Source: Alphaproteobacteria bacterium
GTDB taxonomy: Bacteria > Pseudomonadota > Alphaproteobacteria > UBA6615
Assembly: GCA_002722515.1 (NCBI GenBank)
Contig: PBMH01000036.1
Span: 3,226 to 67,225, forward strand
Direction of reading: 5' to 3'
Length of the DNA: 64,000 nt
Positions 20,267 to 31,647 of the stretch are shown in pieces; the stretch's first letter is position 1; the number at the start of each line of letters is the position of its first letter. Made by a program: the position numbers and the translations under genes. The notes beneath the pieces are model-generated. The model was not told the origin of the DNA, made no database searches, and saw only the letters and a list, made by a program, of their open reading frames with translations.

Positions 20267-21205
20267 CTAGTCCTTCGTCGGACGCGGGTTCGCGGCGTCG
20301 CCGATGTGGTGTTCGACTGTCTCGAGCGCATCCGCGAGGCGACCTTGAGCGCTGCCCGGTTTTAGCGGACGGGGCTGGCTCGCATCCGGCGACCAGCCGG
20401 TCAAGAAGAAAATCTCGAAGGTGGCCGGTATGCGATTATCCTGCCCAGCGAAACGTTCGGCGTAGATTTCTACAGCTCGGAACAGGGTCGTCCGGCGGGT
20501 TGGCGTACGTCGCCGGTCGCGCCGGATATTCGTCTCGCCCATGCCGCGCAGGTCATGCATTAGTTTCAATGGGTGGTCATAGGTAACGCAGATAGTGTCG
20601 AGGTCGGCGACCGGCAATGCAAAACCGGCGCGTTGGAGCAGAGCCGCTGCGTCGGACAACTCAGCAAAAGGTGCGACCCGTGGACTGGCGCCGCCCTCTG
20701 TCTCTGCCTCCGCTTCAAGCCATGCATCACGAAGTTCGTATAGCGTTTCGCCGCCGAACATGGCGCCCAGAAAAAGCCCGCCAGGTTTAAGTGCGTGGCG
20801 GAGTTGCACGAGTGCGCCGGGTAAATCGTTGACTGCGTGTAGCGTTCCGATGCTGACAACAAGATCAAAGCTCGCTTCGGCGAAGGGTGGTGTTTCCTCA
20901 TCTGCAACAACGACGGGGTTCCCGTGGTCTCGTCGTGCGTGCCGGGCTAAGGCGTAACTCATGTCGCTATGGATTAGCTGGCCGATTTTTTCAGGTGCGA
21001 GACGTCGTGCTGCGTCGGCGAATACGCCCGTGCGTCCGCCCCAGTCGAGTGCGCTATCGAAATTACGCCGAACATCGGCGGTGCGCTCGGCTAGCCGCGA
21101 GGCGATCTCCTGAAACAGGAAATTGTGGTTGGCATAATCCGTTGCCATCCGCGCGCGGCGCTGGCGCAGCAGTGTGCGGTCAAAAATATGCACGGGGCCG
21201 GTCAT
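20267..21205 (-). CDS. class I SAM-dependent methyltransferase (BioC/NDUFAF5-like)
   Basis: 'FDLVVSIGTLHAVNDLPGAL...LKPGGLF' (Methyltransf_11-type). Start taken at 'MTGPVHIFDR' (21205). The ORF-track N-terminal 56 codons look non-coding. Confidence 0.75.
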   Translation of the reverse strand: MTGPVHIFDRTLLRQRRARMATDYANHNFLFQEIASRLAERTADVRRNFDSALDWGGRTGVFADAARRLAPEKIGQLIHSDMSYALARHARRDHGNPVVVADEETPPFAEASFDLVVSIGTLHAVNDLPGALVQLRHALKPGGLFLGAMFGGETLYELRDAWLEAEAETEGGASPRVAPFAELSDAAALLQRAGFALPVADLDTICVTYDHPLKLMHDLRGMGETNIRRDRRRTPTRRTTLFRAVEIYAERFAGQDNRIPATFEIFFLTGWSPDASQPRPLKPGSAQGRLADALETVEHHIGDAANPRPTKD

Positions 21206-21475
21206 CAATTCTATATGGCATGGACCCGGTCGTTCACAAAGCCGGGCGGGCGACATTGCGTGCAGTTGGAGGCCCATGAATAAGGTCTGAGGGATGCTTT
21301 TCGAACTGGGGCAAGGGCCGAAAGCATTGGCTTCCGTTCGGATCGACCGCCCGCCTTGGCTGGTAGGGACCATTAGGAGTTGATGGTATTACGAACCCGC
21401 GCCGGACGCGGCTACTAGTCAAGTGGGCCAGGTTTCCTTAGATAAAACAAACTTTAGACGCAGGGAGACTGATAG

Positions 21476-21736
21476 ATGGCGAAAGTCGAGATCTACACCG
21501 GCATGATGTGCGGCTTTTGCTCTGCCGCCAAAAAACTGCTTAAAAATAAGGGCGTTGATTTTGAGGAGACGGATGTCAGCTTCAGCAGCGATAAGCGCCA
21601 GGAGATGCTGGCGCGCGCGAATGGCAGCCAAACGGTACCGCAGATTTTCATCGACGACGCCCATGTGGGCGGTTGCGATGATCTTTATGCTCTCGAATCA
21701 GCAGGTAAACTCGACGCGATTCTAGGGATCAACTGA
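21476..21736 (+). CDS. grxC: glutaredoxin 3
   Basis: 86 aa with active site 'CGFC' and 'TVPQIFIDDAHVGGCDDL'. Confidence 0.9.
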   Translation: MAKVEIYTGMMCGFCSAAKKLLKNKGVDFEETDVSFSSDKRQEMLARANGSQTVPQIFIDDAHVGGCDDLYALESAGKLDAILGIN

Positions 21737-22262
21737 CCGTGTTTGACGGGTTTTTGACTGCAAAGATTCGCTGAATCATTGCAGGCTGCGGTGTGCTGAT
21801 CATGCCGTGCTCGAACGCTGCGACTTTCATCTTGCCCTCGACGGCATTCTGCAATTCGCCTGGCGATAGAAGAAACGCTGGGTTGGAAGGCTTACTAAAC
21901 CGCGCATTACCTTGCGCAAAAGTTTCGTAGATTAGCCGCCCGCCTGGGGCGACCGCCTCTACCAGAGAGGGAAGCAACGGTCGCCAGAGATAGTTGGTAA
22001 CTATGACTGTTTTAAAGGCGAGCGGGGCTGGTCGCCAAGCGTCCCCGTCGGTTTCGAGGTCGGTCGCGATCAGTGTTAGGAGGGGGTGGTCCGCAATGTC
22101 TGCCATGCGCGAGACGTCCCGGTCTACGGCTGTGACGTCCATCGCTTTCGCGAGGAACATGCGGCTGTGTCGGCCTGCGCCACAGGCGATGTCTAGCACC
22201 GGGCCTGCAGCATCTTCGGAAAACCGTGTGACCCAAGTCGATGGCGGTATGAGTGCAGACAT
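21729..22262 (-). CDS. class I SAM-dependent methyltransferase
   Basis: SAM-binding motif I 'VLDIACGAGRHS' and post-I 'VTAVDRD'. Confidence 0.75.
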   Translation of the reverse strand: MSALIPPSTWVTRFSEDAAGPVLDIACGAGRHSRMFLAKAMDVTAVDRDVSRMADIADHPLLTLIATDLETDGDAWRPAPLAFKTVIVTNYLWRPLLPSLVEAVAPGGRLIYETFAQGNARFSKPSNPAFLLSPGELQNAVEGKMKVAAFEHGMISTPQPAMIQRIFAVKNPSNTVS

Positions 22263-22376
22263 TAACAGACGTCGATGGAGGCTTGTAATTTTCTTGGAAT
22301 AGCACCAATTCTTTGGCGTTTAGTATACTCTTTACTGGCGGCGTGTGCCGGTGGTTCAAAGCATGGGCGTATTGTA

Positions 22377-22802
22377 ATGATTAGTTTTAATCTGGTCTGC
22401 ACGAACGGGCACGAGTTCGAGGGCTGGTTCCGGAGTTCGAAAGATTTTGCGCACCAGTCGGAGAAACAGCTGGTCGCTTGTCCAGAATGCGGTGACACCG
22501 GCATCGAAAAGTCCTTGATGGCACCAGTTGTGGGGGCCAAGGATTCGGTCGTAGCCGACCGCAGTGAGAAGACGGTGCAGGCGCGCGAGTTGCGCAAGCT
22601 GCTCGGCGAGGTCCGCGACTATGTCGAAACGAATTTCGACGATGTGGGCGATGATTTTACCGACGAAGCGCGGAAAATCTATTACGGCGAGACCGACGAA
22701 CGACCGATATACGGTAACGCCACGGATGAGGACGCCAAGAAACTTGCTGAAGAGGGTGTCCCCGTAGGAAAGCTTCCCTGGGTTAAACGCGCGGACAGCT
22801 AG
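22377..22802 (+). CDS. DUF1178 family zinc-ribbon protein
   Basis: '[21 protein letters not shown]...CPECG' is typical of DUF1178. ATG at 22377. Confidence 0.75.
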   Translation: MISFNLVCTNGHEFEGWFRSSKDFAHQSEKQLVACPECGDTGIEKSLMAPVVGAKDSVVADRSEKTVQARELRKLLGEVRDYVETNFDDVGDDFTDEARKIYYGETDERPIYGNATDEDAKKLAEEGVPVGKLPWVKRADS

Positions 22803-23563
22803 CTGGTCTGGGCAGGGCGGCAGCCTACACCCATATAGTTCACGTCCATATCCGAGCGCTTGCGCGACCAGGTTCCCGTCAACGGATTGAACACCACGCC
22901 AGTCAGCTCGAGCATCTCGATACCGCCGGCTTCCAGGCCGCTAACCAGTTCGGATGGCTTGACGAACTTGTGCCAGTTATGGGTTCCGCGCGGCAGCCAA
23001 CGCATCACATATTCGGCGCCAACGATAGCGAGCGCAAAGGCCTTTAGTGTGCGATTCAGGGTTGCAGCGAAGGCTAGGCCGCCGGGTGCGACGAGATGTG
23101 CACAATCCTGTAGAAAGGCCGCCGGGTCGGCTACATGTTCGACCACTTCCATGCTAAGCACGATATCGAATTGCGTGCCGCCGGACAGGACATCTTCGGC
23201 GGTCGTTGCACGGTAGTCGATATCAAGACCACTTTCCTGAGCATGTAGTGAGGCGACCTCGATGTTCCGGGCAAGTGCATCGATCCCGGTGACTTTCGCG
23301 CCGAGCCGCGCCATGGGTTCGCACAACAAACCGCCGCCGCAACCTACGTCTATGAGGCTGAGGCCTTCGAACGGGCGCATTGCATTGCTGTCCCGGGCGA
23401 AATGCTCGCACGCCTGATCGTGGATATATTCTAGGCGCAACGGGTTGAAACGGTGCAGCGGCTTGAACTTTCCGGTCGGGTCCCACCATTCGGCTGCCAT
23501 GTGCCGGAACTTCTCGATTTCTGCTGGGTCGCGGGAATCTGATGTGCTGCTGGGTCGGTTCAT
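22799..23563 (-). CDS. ubiG: ubiquinone biosynthesis O-methyltransferase
   Basis: '[33 protein letters not shown]', '[11 protein letters not shown]' and '[13 protein letters not shown]'. Start at 'MNRPSS' (23563). Confidence 0.88.
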   Translation of the reverse strand: MNRPSSTSDSRDPAEIEKFRHMAAEWWDPTGKFKPLHRFNPLRLEYIHDQACEHFARDSNAMRPFEGLSLIDVGCGGGLLCEPMARLGAKVTGIDALARNIEVASLHAQESGLDIDYRATTAEDVLSGGTQFDIVLSMEVVEHVADPAAFLQDCAHLVAPGGLAFAATLNRTLKAFALAIVGAEYVMRWLPRGTHNWHKFVKPSELVSGLEAGGIEMLELTGVVFNPLTGTWSRKRSDMDVNYMGVGCRPAQTS

Positions 23564-23749
23564 CAGCTTGTCATGTCCTGTTGTAATCGTCTCTATAAGT
23601 GTGCGCACGGTGCTTGCCAGCGGGGTTCGGGCTCAGTATGGATACGGCGCCTTCGCATAACAAGATGGTGCCGCACGCGCCGAATGCGGCCGTGTTGCGT
23701 ATTTCATACCCATCTATGTGTGCTAGTGGCAGGCGTAATGGAAGAGACC

Positions 23750-24985
23750 ATGGCACGTATTGTTGCGAAATTCGGCGGGACCTCCGTCGCTGACCTAGGC
23801 CGAGTCCGCGCCGTCGCGGAGCGTGTCAGGCGCGAGCATGAGGCCGGCCACCAGATGGCCGTCGTGGTGTCAGCTATGGCAGGAGTTACCAATGACCTGG
23901 TTGAGCTGACTCGCGAGGCAGATGCCCTGCATGATGCGCGCGAATATGACGTTGTGGTGTCTACGGGCGAGCAGGTCACTGCGGGGCTTTTGGCTATATG
24001 TCTTCAGGAGCAGGGGGTACCGGCCCGGTCTTGGCTCGGTTGGCAGGTGCCTATCCGCACCTCGGATGCCCATGCTCGCGCTCGCATCGAGTCCATCCAG
24101 ATTGAGGAAATGGAACGCCGGTTTTCCGATCGGCAGGTTTGCGTATTGGCTGGCTTCCAGGGTATCGGGCCAGACAATCGTATCACTACGCTGGGCCGTG
24201 GCGGATCGGATACCACGGCTGTTGCACTGGCCGCTGCGTTGAGGGCAGATCGGTGCGATATCTATACCGATGTTGATGGGGTCTACACATCCGATCCGCG
24301 GATCGTGACCCGCGCCCGCAAACTGAGTAAGGTGACCTATGAGGAGATGCTGGAAATGGCGTCTCTCGGGGCGAAGGTCTTGCAAACCCGCTCGGTCGAG
24401 CTAGCAATGAATCACCGGGTCCGGCTTCAGGTGCTCTCATCATTTGACGAAGCCGTCGGCAGCGAACGACCGGGGACCCTAGTTGTAGACGAGGAAGATA
24501 TCGTGGAGCATGAAATTGTAAGCGGCGTTACCTTCAGCCGCGACGAAGCCAAGATTACCTTGGTGCAGGTCTCCGACCGTCCAGGCGTGGCTGCCGCAAT
24601 CTTTGGGCCGTTGGCCGACGCCAACGTCAACGTGGACATGATTGTGCAGAATGTTTCGGAGGACGGCTCTAGCACAGACATGACTTTCACGGTCACGCAC
24701 GGTGATTTAGGCCGGGCTGTTGAGATTCTGAATGCTCGCCAGGCGGAGCTCGGCTTCACTGCCTTGGTGCCCGACTCCGGTGTGGTGAAGGTCTCGGTCG
24801 TGGGTGTGGGCATGCGAAGCCATGCTGGTGTAGCTCAGCGAATGTTCTCGGCACTTGCCGAGCGTGGCATCAACATCCAGGTCATCTCTACTTCGGAAAT
24901 CAAAATCAGTGTGCTGATTGCCGAGGAGTTTACGGAGTTGGCCCTTCGTGCCCTTCACACTGCCTATGGACTCGACGCTGCTTAG
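23750..24985 (+). CDS. lysC: aspartate kinase
   Basis: 'MARIVAKFGGTSV', 'VVVSAMAGVTNDL' and 'GRGGSDTTAVALAA', with C-terminal ACT repeats. The ORF-track N-terminal extension was rejected. Confidence 0.93.
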   Translation: MARIVAKFGGTSVADLGRVRAVAERVRREHEAGHQMAVVVSAMAGVTNDLVELTREADALHDAREYDVVVSTGEQVTAGLLAICLQEQGVPARSWLGWQVPIRTSDAHARARIESIQIEEMERRFSDRQVCVLAGFQGIGPDNRITTLGRGGSDTTAVALAAALRADRCDIYTDVDGVYTSDPRIVTRARKLSKVTYEEMLEMASLGAKVLQTRSVELAMNHRVRLQVLSSFDEAVGSERPGTLVVDEEDIVEHEIVSGVTFSRDEAKITLVQVSDRPGVAAAIFGPLADANVNVDMIVQNVSEDGSSTDMTFTVTHGDLGRAVEILNARQAELGFTALVPDSGVVKVSVVGVGMRSHAGVAQRMFSALAERGINIQVISTSEIKISVLIAEEFTELALRALHTAYGLDAA

Positions 24986-25671
24986 AGGTTCGAGTGTAGG
25001 CTAAAGTTGTCCCATTTGAGGATGGTCTAAAACGATTTTCGACTGGGGGTTGGCGGGGCTTAAAGATATGAAGGAGCCGACAACCCAGCCGGTCAATTAG
25101 TCCGTCGAAGGATCGGTTCGGCTTTTTGGCGGTCTAGACCATGCCCACCGCGCTGGCTGACATTTAAGCTAGATCACAGTTGCTTTATCGTCTTGAAACG
25201 GATGAAGCGTTACTGATCGCTCATGGATGTTCCGATTCTTTCGCAGCTTTGAAGCTGATCGGAACGGGCTAACGACATCCACCAATAGCGCCTTTGAAAT
25301 ATAGACCAGCCAAGGCGATGGTCCTTCCATTTGCGCTAGTTAGCCTGACAGGTCACCTGTTCTCCTCTTGTATACGCTGCATCCAAGTGTTCATTCTCAC
25401 CTTTTCGAATTGTACCGATATCTTGGTGCCGAGGTGTAAATCGTTGCGGCCAGAACTCGCATTTGATAGTTAGGTCGGAATAAAATTATAAAATGTGTTT
25501 GATTATGGTTACTTACGGTGCAGCCGGCTTCTTTTCTGGATCTGAACCCCGCGACTGATTTGGGGTGTTGGAGACGGTCGTTAGACAGCACCATCGCTGT
25601 TTTCTGGGGACCTGATGGTACGTTTGAACCCACGCTCGTTACGCGTCCTTAATCAGGATGACGCTTCGGAC

Positions 25672-26718
25672 ATGATGCGCTCGGTCGAGGGTGCAGATCA
25701 TGTTGGTGCTTTCCTGCGCGAGGCGCGCGAGACTGCAGGGAGGACGGTCGCCGATGTAGCCCAGAATCTTCGCATTCGCCGGATCTATCTCGAGGCGATC
25801 GAAGATGGTCGGTTCGACGAGTTACCTGGTGCGATCTACGCGGTCGGGTTTGTCCGTTCCTACGCGGCTTATCTCAATCTCGATGTTCCTCAACTGGTTG
25901 CGCGCTTCAAGGAGGAAGCGGTCGGTATTCAGGTAAAGCAGGAGCTCGAATTCCCGACATCTGTGCCGGAGGGACGGTTTCCCGGTGGTCTGATCATCTC
26001 GGTGTGCCTGCTGCTTGCGGGTGCGGCGTTTGGTGGATGGTACTGGTACGAGAATCAGAACAGTGTCGAAGTCACGCGGGTGCCAAAACCGCCGTCCTAT
26101 GTCGCAACGACAGATCCAGATATGTCTCCCGCCATAGCGGACCTGGATTCGGCCGCCGTTGCACCTAAACTCCAGCGTATGGATCCCGCGTCTGTGACCG
26201 AGACATCGGGAGACGGCGAGGCAGAAAGCGGAGCGGGCAATGCCGCGGTGCAGGATGCAGCACCGAGCGTGATTGAGTTGCAGGCGCCGACGGTTTCTGC
26301 GTCGCGTGAGCAGGTTGCCATGGTCCCGCGGTCTGAGTCCGCATTCTCGTCCGAACCCGCAATCGTCGCGTTGCCCGAAGTCGAGGCGGCCGCGCCCCTG
26401 ATATCGTCTGATCTAAGGGGCCGAACGTTTGGTGCGCGGAACTCGACTGCTAGGATAGTCCTCTGGGCGCGAGAAAACACTTGGGTGCAGGTGCATGCTT
26501 CGGACCAGAGCGTAGTCATCACGCAGATGCTTGAGGCCGGCGATCGTTACATGGTGCCCAACCTCGATGGCCTGCGGCTGATGACCGGAAACGCGGGCGG
26601 TCTTGAAATTCTTGTCGACGATGAGACGGTTCCGGCGATTGGGACACTGGGCCAAAGTCGCCGTAATGTCCGATTGGAACCGGACCTGCTTAGGGCAGGG
26701 TCTGCTGTGGTTCAGTAG
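25672..26718 (+). CDS. rodZ: RodZ-like HTH/DUF4115 membrane protein
   Basis: XRE-type HTH 'GAFLREARETAGRTVADVAQNLRIRRIYLEAIEDG', one TM helix and a C-terminal DUF4115-like 'GNAGGLEILVDDETV'. Located upstream of ispG, as is common. Exact start uncertain (25615 or 25672). Confidence 0.75.
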   Translation: MMRSVEGADHVGAFLREARETAGRTVADVAQNLRIRRIYLEAIEDGRFDELPGAIYAVGFVRSYAAYLNLDVPQLVARFKEEAVGIQVKQELEFPTSVPEGRFPGGLIISVCLLLAGAAFGGWYWYENQNSVEVTRVPKPPSYVATTDPDMSPAIADLDSAAVAPKLQRMDPASVTETSGDGEAESGAGNAAVQDAAPSVIELQAPTVSASREQVAMVPRSESAFSSEPAIVALPEVEAAAPLISSDLRGRTFGARNSTARIVLWARENTWVQVHASDQSVVITQMLEAGDRYMVPNLDGLRLMTGNAGGLEILVDDETVPAIGTLGQSRRNVRLEPDLLRAGSAVVQ

Positions 26719-26811
26719 CCTCCGGTGTGGGCCGGTGTGGTTGATATTTGACATCGCCGCGCGCATGTTAGCGCTTCATATCCTTGCGAATTCCGAAGGT
26801 TTGAAACTAGC

Positions 26812-27948
26812 ATGAACGTTCGCCCCTATCGCGACATCGAACGGCGTAAAAGCCGTCAGATCATGGTCGGCGACGTGCCCGTCGGCGGAGATGCACCTAT
26901 CACGGTGCAGTCGATGACCAATACGCGGACCACGGATGTGGCTGGAACTATTGAGCAGATACGCGCACTCGAGGTGGCTGGTGCCGACATCGTCCGTGTG
27001 TCTTGCCCAGATAAGGATAGCACCTGGGCGCTACGTGAGATCCTCCCCGAGGTCACTGTACCCATTGTCGCGGATATTCATTTTCACTATCAGCGCGCGA
27101 TAGAGGCAGCCGAAGCCGGTGTGGCTTGCTTGCGGCTGAACCCTGGAAACATTGGATCAAGCGAGCGGGTGCGCGAGGTAGTCAAGGCAGCTCGGGATAA
27201 TAATTGCTCTATGCGTATTGGTGTGAACGGAGGCAGCCTCGAGAAGGAATTACTCGAGAAATATGGCGAACCCTGTCCCGACGCCTTGATCGAAAGCGCG
27301 CTGAATTCGGTGCATCTTCTTGAGGATGAGAATTTCCACGAGTTCAAGATTTCGGTGAAAGCGTCGGATGTGTTTCTAGCCGTTGCTGCCTATACGGGTC
27401 TGGCGGAAGCCTGTGACTATCCACTGCATATTGGGATTACAGAGGCGGGAGGTCAGCGCGCTGGTACCATTAAATCGTCTATTGGACTGGGCATGTTGCT
27501 GTGGTCGGGTATTGGTGACACGTTGCGGGTTTCTCTCTCGGCCGATCCGGTTGAAGAGGTAAAGGTCGGTTTCGACATGCTGAAAACGCTCGGGTTGCGT
27601 CATCGCGGTGTGAGTGTGATTTCTTGCCCTTCCTGCGCGCGCCAGCAATACGATGTTATAGAGACCGTGAAGGTGCTAGAGGAACGGCTGTCACACATCA
27701 CGACGTCGATGACGGTGTCGGTGATTGGTTGTGTTGTCAACGGGCCCGGCGAGGCGACAATGACCGATATTGGCTTCACCGGCGGTGGCCGAGGTACCCA
27801 CCAGGTCTACATCGGCGGGCAGCCGCATCACCGTCTGCAGAACGAGGATATCGTTGATCACTTGGTTTCCCTAGTAGAAGCGAAGGCGGCGGAGATCGAG
27901 GCCGAGAATGCTGAGCAAGCGGACGGCCTGCCGTCGGCAGCAGAATAG
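26812..27948 (+). CDS. ispG: 4-hydroxy-3-methylbut-2-en-1-yl diphosphate synthase
   Basis: '[10 protein letters not shown]', 'VRVSCPD', 'RINPGNIG'-like 'RLNPGNIG', and 'ISCPSCARQ...[10 protein letters not shown]'. Confidence 0.95.
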   Translation: MNVRPYRDIERRKSRQIMVGDVPVGGDAPITVQSMTNTRTTDVAGTIEQIRALEVAGADIVRVSCPDKDSTWALREILPEVTVPIVADIHFHYQRAIEAAEAGVACLRLNPGNIGSSERVREVVKAARDNNCSMRIGVNGGSLEKELLEKYGEPCPDALIESALNSVHLLEDENFHEFKISVKASDVFLAVAAYTGLAEACDYPLHIGITEAGGQRAGTIKSSIGLGMLLWSGIGDTLRVSLSADPVEEVKVGFDMLKTLGLRHRGVSVISCPSCARQQYDVIETVKVLEERLSHITTSMTVSVIGCVVNGPGEATMTDIGFTGGGRGTHQVYIGGQPHHRLQNEDIVDHLVSLVEAKAAEIEAENAEQADGLPSAAE

Positions 27949-27972
27949 ACCCGTCGGATTTTGAGAGGCATC

Positions 27973-29217
27973 GTGGCCAAACTTCAGCCAGTACGTGGAA
28001 CCCATGACCTCATCGGACACGAGGCGCGTGCCCACATTGCCCTCACCGAAGCCGCGCGTGCCGTTGCTGACCGTTATGGGTACAGTCCCATTGCCACGCC
28101 AATATTCGAGTTTACTGATGTGTTCCAGCGGACCCTCGGTGACACCTCCGACATTGTCAAAAAGGAGATGTACACCTTCGAGGATAAGGGCGGAGACAGC
28201 CTAACTCTTCGACCTGAGGGGACTGCTGGGGTGGCGCGGGCATTTATTTCCGGCGGCTTACGTAACGAGTTACCGCTGAAATGTTTCTACGCAGGCCCGA
28301 TGTTTCGTTATGAGAGGCCGCAGAAGGGACGCCTGCGCCAGTTCCATCAGATAGGAGCGGAGCTCATAGGAGTGCCCGAGCCGACTGGCGACGTTGAGAT
28401 TATTGCGCTGGGGGCGGACATCCTAGACGCGCTAGGTATCCTCACCGAGACTACACTGGAGCTTAACACGCTAGGCGATTTACCGAGTCGCCTGGCATAC
28501 CGGGGCGCGCTGGTCGATTATTTTACCGGCCATGCCGATGCGCTATCCGAAGAGAGTCGGGAACGGCTGACCCGAAATCCACTGCGAATCCTCGATTCCA
28601 AGGACCCGGGCGATCGCGCGGTGATCAACGATGCGCCCGTGTTTGACGATTATTTGAGTGGGGATGCCCGTGCATTTTTTAAGTCCGTTCGCGCGGGGCT
28701 TGACACGCTTGGTATTGCCTACGAGCTGAATCCGCGGCTTGTGCGAGGGCTCGACTATTACAGTCACACGGCCTTCGAGTTTACTACCGAAGCCCTGGGT
28801 GCCCAGGGAACCGTGCTCGCTGGTGGTCGTTACGATGGGCTAATCGAAACTATGGGCGGGCCTGCCACACCGGGCGTCGGCTGGGCGGCAGGTATCGAGC
28901 GTCTGGCCATGATGCTCCGTGATCCCGACGTTGCGGTGCGACCGGTCGTGCTCGTCGGCATGGGTGATGATGGAGAACGTGAGGCGATGCATCTGGCCCG
29001 CGAGCTGCGTTGCGCTGGACTGACGATTGATCTCCAGTACAAGGGTGGGCTGAAGCGCGGTCTGCGCCGCGCCAATCGGATCAATGCGGCGGCGGCGGTG
29101 CTGATCGGCGCTGATGAACTTTTGCGTGGGGCCGTGACGGTGCGGGACCTCGACAGCGGAGAGCAGGTGGACGTGGTTATCACCGATCTGACTGACCATC
29201 TCGCCGCCTACCGTTAA
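27973..29217 (+). CDS. hisS: histidine--tRNA ligase
   Basis: 'RGTHD', 'LRPEGTAGVARA', 'FRYERPQKGRLRQFHQ' and 'GGRYDGL'. GTG at 27973 follows GAGAGG. The ORF track starts at TTG 27961. Confidence 0.93.
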   Translation: MAKLQPVRGTHDLIGHEARAHIALTEAARAVADRYGYSPIATPIFEFTDVFQRTLGDTSDIVKKEMYTFEDKGGDSLTLRPEGTAGVARAFISGGLRNELPLKCFYAGPMFRYERPQKGRLRQFHQIGAELIGVPEPTGDVEIIALGADILDALGILTETTLELNTLGDLPSRLAYRGALVDYFTGHADALSEESRERLTRNPLRILDSKDPGDRAVINDAPVFDDYLSGDARAFFKSVRAGLDTLGIAYELNPRLVRGLDYYSHTAFEFTTEALGAQGTVLAGGRYDGLIETMGGPATPGVGWAAGIERLAMMLRDPDVAVRPVVLVGMGDDGEREAMHLARELRCAGLTIDLQYKGGLKRGLRRANRINAAAAVLIGADELLRGAVTVRDLDSGEQVDVVITDLTDHLAAYR

Positions 29218-29230
29218 CTGTACGATCGAT

Positions 29231-30562
29231 ATGGGCCACTGTCCGGAACCAAGGGTGGCGTCAAGCGACTATGTTGTCGTCGGCGTCAGCCAAAAGACCA
29301 GCAGCATTGATTTGCGGGACCAAATTTTTGTCGAAGATGCCGAGTTGCCGGATGTTCTGGCTGCGCTCCGTGATCGCGGTTTCGATGAAGTAATGGTTGT
29401 TTCCACATGTGACCGCGTTGAGTTCTACGGTGTCGCCGTCGATGTCGAGCGTGCGGTTGCGGCTGGCCGCAACCTTCTCGAATTGCGGATGGGAAAAGAT
29501 GTCGATACCTCGAGTGATGCCATCTTCTGTCTTACCGGAGACGCTGCGGCACGACATGTATTCGCCGTTGCGGCAAGTCTCGAAAGTTTGGTGGTTGGCG
29601 AAGCGGAGGTCCTTGGTCAGATCAAGCACGCCCATGCGCAGGCCGTTGATGTCGGTGCTGTCGGGGCGGCGCTAGAGCTTCTGATGCAGCAAGCCTATGG
29701 TGCGGCGAAGGACATTCGTACGAACACCGGGATCGCCGAAGGGCCAGTCTCGATGGCGACGGCGGCGATCAAAGCCGCGGGCAGTCTATTTGGCAGTCTT
29801 GAGAATATTTCGGCGCTTCTGATCGGGCCTTCAGAAATCGGACTTCTGATGGTTGATCACTTTCAGAATGTTGGCCTGCGGCGGATAACCGTCGCGGCCG
29901 GAAACGCATCCCGCAGTGCCGCCCTTGCGCGCATTGTGGGCGGTCACAGCGTGACTTACGACGACATTCCTAACGCGCTTATCGGTGCTGACCTTGTGAT
30001 TGGAGCGGCAGGTCTAGGTCGCTATATGGTTACTGCAGAGATGCTGCGAAGGGCACTTCGCGCTCGTCGGCGCCGGCCGGTTTTCGTGCTCGATGTAGCC
30101 ATCCCGGGGGACGCCGATCCGGATATTGCTATGCTCGAAGATGCCTTTCTTTATGATTTGGACACTCTCGAGACGATCGCCCAAATAAATCGGGATATGC
30201 GCGATGCTGCGATGCAAGAGGCGTGGCGCCTGGTCGACAAGCATTTGGAGGTGTTCCAGACTGGTTGTGCCGAGCGCGAGGCTGTGCCTGTGGTCAAGGA
30301 GTTACGTGCACACTTTGAGGCCGTGCGGGACGAGATCCGGGCCAGTGCGCCACACGCGAGCGCAGAGGAGGTCAGCCGACGCCTGATTAACCGGTTGCTG
30401 CACGAACCCTTCGCGGCCCTTCGTGAGGCTGCGCGTGATGCCGGGTCGGATAATGCCATCGCTCTCGCAGCTAGGCGGATGTTCGCACTTAAAGATGTAT
30501 ATGGCGAAACGCAAATGCGAGGCAAAGTCGATCTGGAAGCGCCCGAAAGTGAGGACAAATGA
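29231..30562 (+). CDS. hemA: glutamyl-tRNA reductase-like protein
   Basis: '[15 protein letters not shown]', the active-site Cys context '[11 protein letters not shown]' and '[10 protein letters not shown]'. The expected dinucleotide-binding GxGxxG reads 'GPSEIG'. The stop overlaps the prfA ATG (ATGA). Confidence 0.8.
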   Translation: MGHCPEPRVASSDYVVVGVSQKTSSIDLRDQIFVEDAELPDVLAALRDRGFDEVMVVSTCDRVEFYGVAVDVERAVAAGRNLLELRMGKDVDTSSDAIFCLTGDAAARHVFAVAASLESLVVGEAEVLGQIKHAHAQAVDVGAVGAALELLMQQAYGAAKDIRTNTGIAEGPVSMATAAIKAAGSLFGSLENISALLIGPSEIGLLMVDHFQNVGLRRITVAAGNASRSAALARIVGGHSVTYDDIPNALIGADLVIGAAGLGRYMVTAEMLRRALRARRRRPVFVLDVAIPGDADPDIAMLEDAFLYDLDTLETIAQINRDMRDAAMQEAWRLVDKHLEVFQTGCAEREAVPVVKELRAHFEAVRDEIRASAPHASAEEVSRRLINRLLHEPFAALREAARDAGSDNAIALAARRMFALKDVYGETQMRGKVDLEAPESEDK

Positions 30563-31647
30563 GCCTTGATGAGAAACTCGATCGCGTGGTGCAACGCCAT
30601 GCCCAGCTGTCGGACATGCTGGCTCAGACCGACGGCAGCGATCCGCAGGAATATATCCGTCTATCTAAGGAGTATTCAGAGTTGAACCAGGTCGTCGAGG
30701 CGGTTCTCGCCCAGCGCGGTGCGCTGGATCAGATCGGCGATCTTGAGGAGATTATTGGCGACGGCGAGACAGATGCGGAGATTAAGGAGCTCGCGGAGGT
30801 CGAGATTGCGGAGTTGCGTGCGCGCGCATCCGAGCTTGAGCAAGCGCTCAAGATCATGTTGCTGCCGAAGGACGAGGCGGATGCGAAGAACGCGATACTT
30901 GAAATTCGTGCCGGGACCGGCGGCGATGAGGCGGCTTTGTTCGCAGCGAACCTGTTTCGAATGTATCAGCGTTATGCCGAGGCCAAGGGGTGGAAGGTCG
31001 AGGTTATGACCTCTAGCGGTACCGGTATCGGCGGCTATAAGGAAATCGTCTCGTCTATAAGCGGCAAAGACGTTTTTTCACGTCTTAAATACGAGTCCGG
31101 AGTCCATCGGGTCCAACGCGTGCCGGAGACCGAAAGCAGCGGTCGCATTCATACCTCTGCCTCAACCGTCGCAGTACTTCCCGAGGCCGAGGAGATTGAT
31201 ATTGATATTGCCGAAAGTGATCTGCGCATCGACACCTATCGAGCGTCAGGTCCAGGCGGACAGTCGGTCAACACTACCGACAGTGCGGTCCGAATTACCC
31301 ATGCGCCGACGGGCATAGTCGTCACCCAGCAGGACGAGAAGTCCCAACACAAGAATCGCGCTAAGGCAATGCGTGTGCTGCGTGCCCGGATTTACGAGCA
31401 TGAACGCCAGCAGGCCGATGCCGAACGCGCGGAATCGCGACGCAGCCAGGTCGGGTCCGGTGATCGCTCTGAGAGGATACGTACCTACAACTATCCCCAG
31501 GGGCGGGTGACCGATCACCGGATTAACCTAACCCTTCACAAGCTTGAGCGCATTCTCGACGGTGAAGGACTCGACGAGTTGGTCGACGCCCTCACCACCG
31601 AGGAACAGGCCGCACAACTCTCCGAGGACGACGGAACCCATGGCTGA
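30559..31647 (+). CDS. prfA: peptide chain release factor 1
   Basis: GGQ motif '[19 protein letters not shown]' and tripeptide region '[14 protein letters not shown]'. Confidence 0.96.
   Translation: MSLDEKLDRVVQRHAQLSDMLAQTDGSDPQEYIRLSKEYSELNQVVEAVLAQRGALDQIGDLEEIIGDGETDAEIKELAEVEIAELRARASELEQALKIMLLPKDEADAKNAILEIRAGTGGDEAALFAANLFRMYQRYAEAKGWKVEVMTSSGTGIGGYKEIVSSISGKDVFSRLKYESGVHRVQRVPETESSGRIHTSASTVAVLPEAEEIDIDIAESDLRIDTYRASGPGGQSVNTTDSAVRITHAPTGIVVTQQDEKSQHKNRAKAMRVLRARIYEHERQQADAERAESRRSQVGSGDRSERIRTYNYPQGRVTDHRINLTLHKLERILDGEGLDELVDALTTEEQAAQLSEDDGTHG

Noticed and set aside
23573-23749. 59-codon N-terminal extension of lysC and neighbouring 60-70-aa ORFs
   Set aside because: Aspartate kinase starts at the canonical 'MARIVAKFGGTSV'. 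The extension is Cys/Arg-rich nonsense that overlaps the ubiG promoter region.
25131-25140. Perfect palindrome GGTCTAGACC, plus extra GGTCTA/TAGACC half-sites nearby, as a possible operator
   Set aside because: The same 10-mer also occurs inside the GGT coding region (41587-41596), so it is not specific to this spacer. No known regulator motif is recognised. It is kept only as part of the possible RNA fold.
25250-25570. Possible two-piece tmRNA: 'gct aac gac' could begin an ANDN-type tag at about 25271, with a T-loop-like 'ggggttcagatcc' on the minus strand at about 25530-25545
   Set aside because: The putative tag reads A-N-D-I-H-Q-stop, unlike the Ala-Ala-ending tags of alphaproteobacteria. 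The T-arm has no complementary stem, and there is no acceptor or CCA context.
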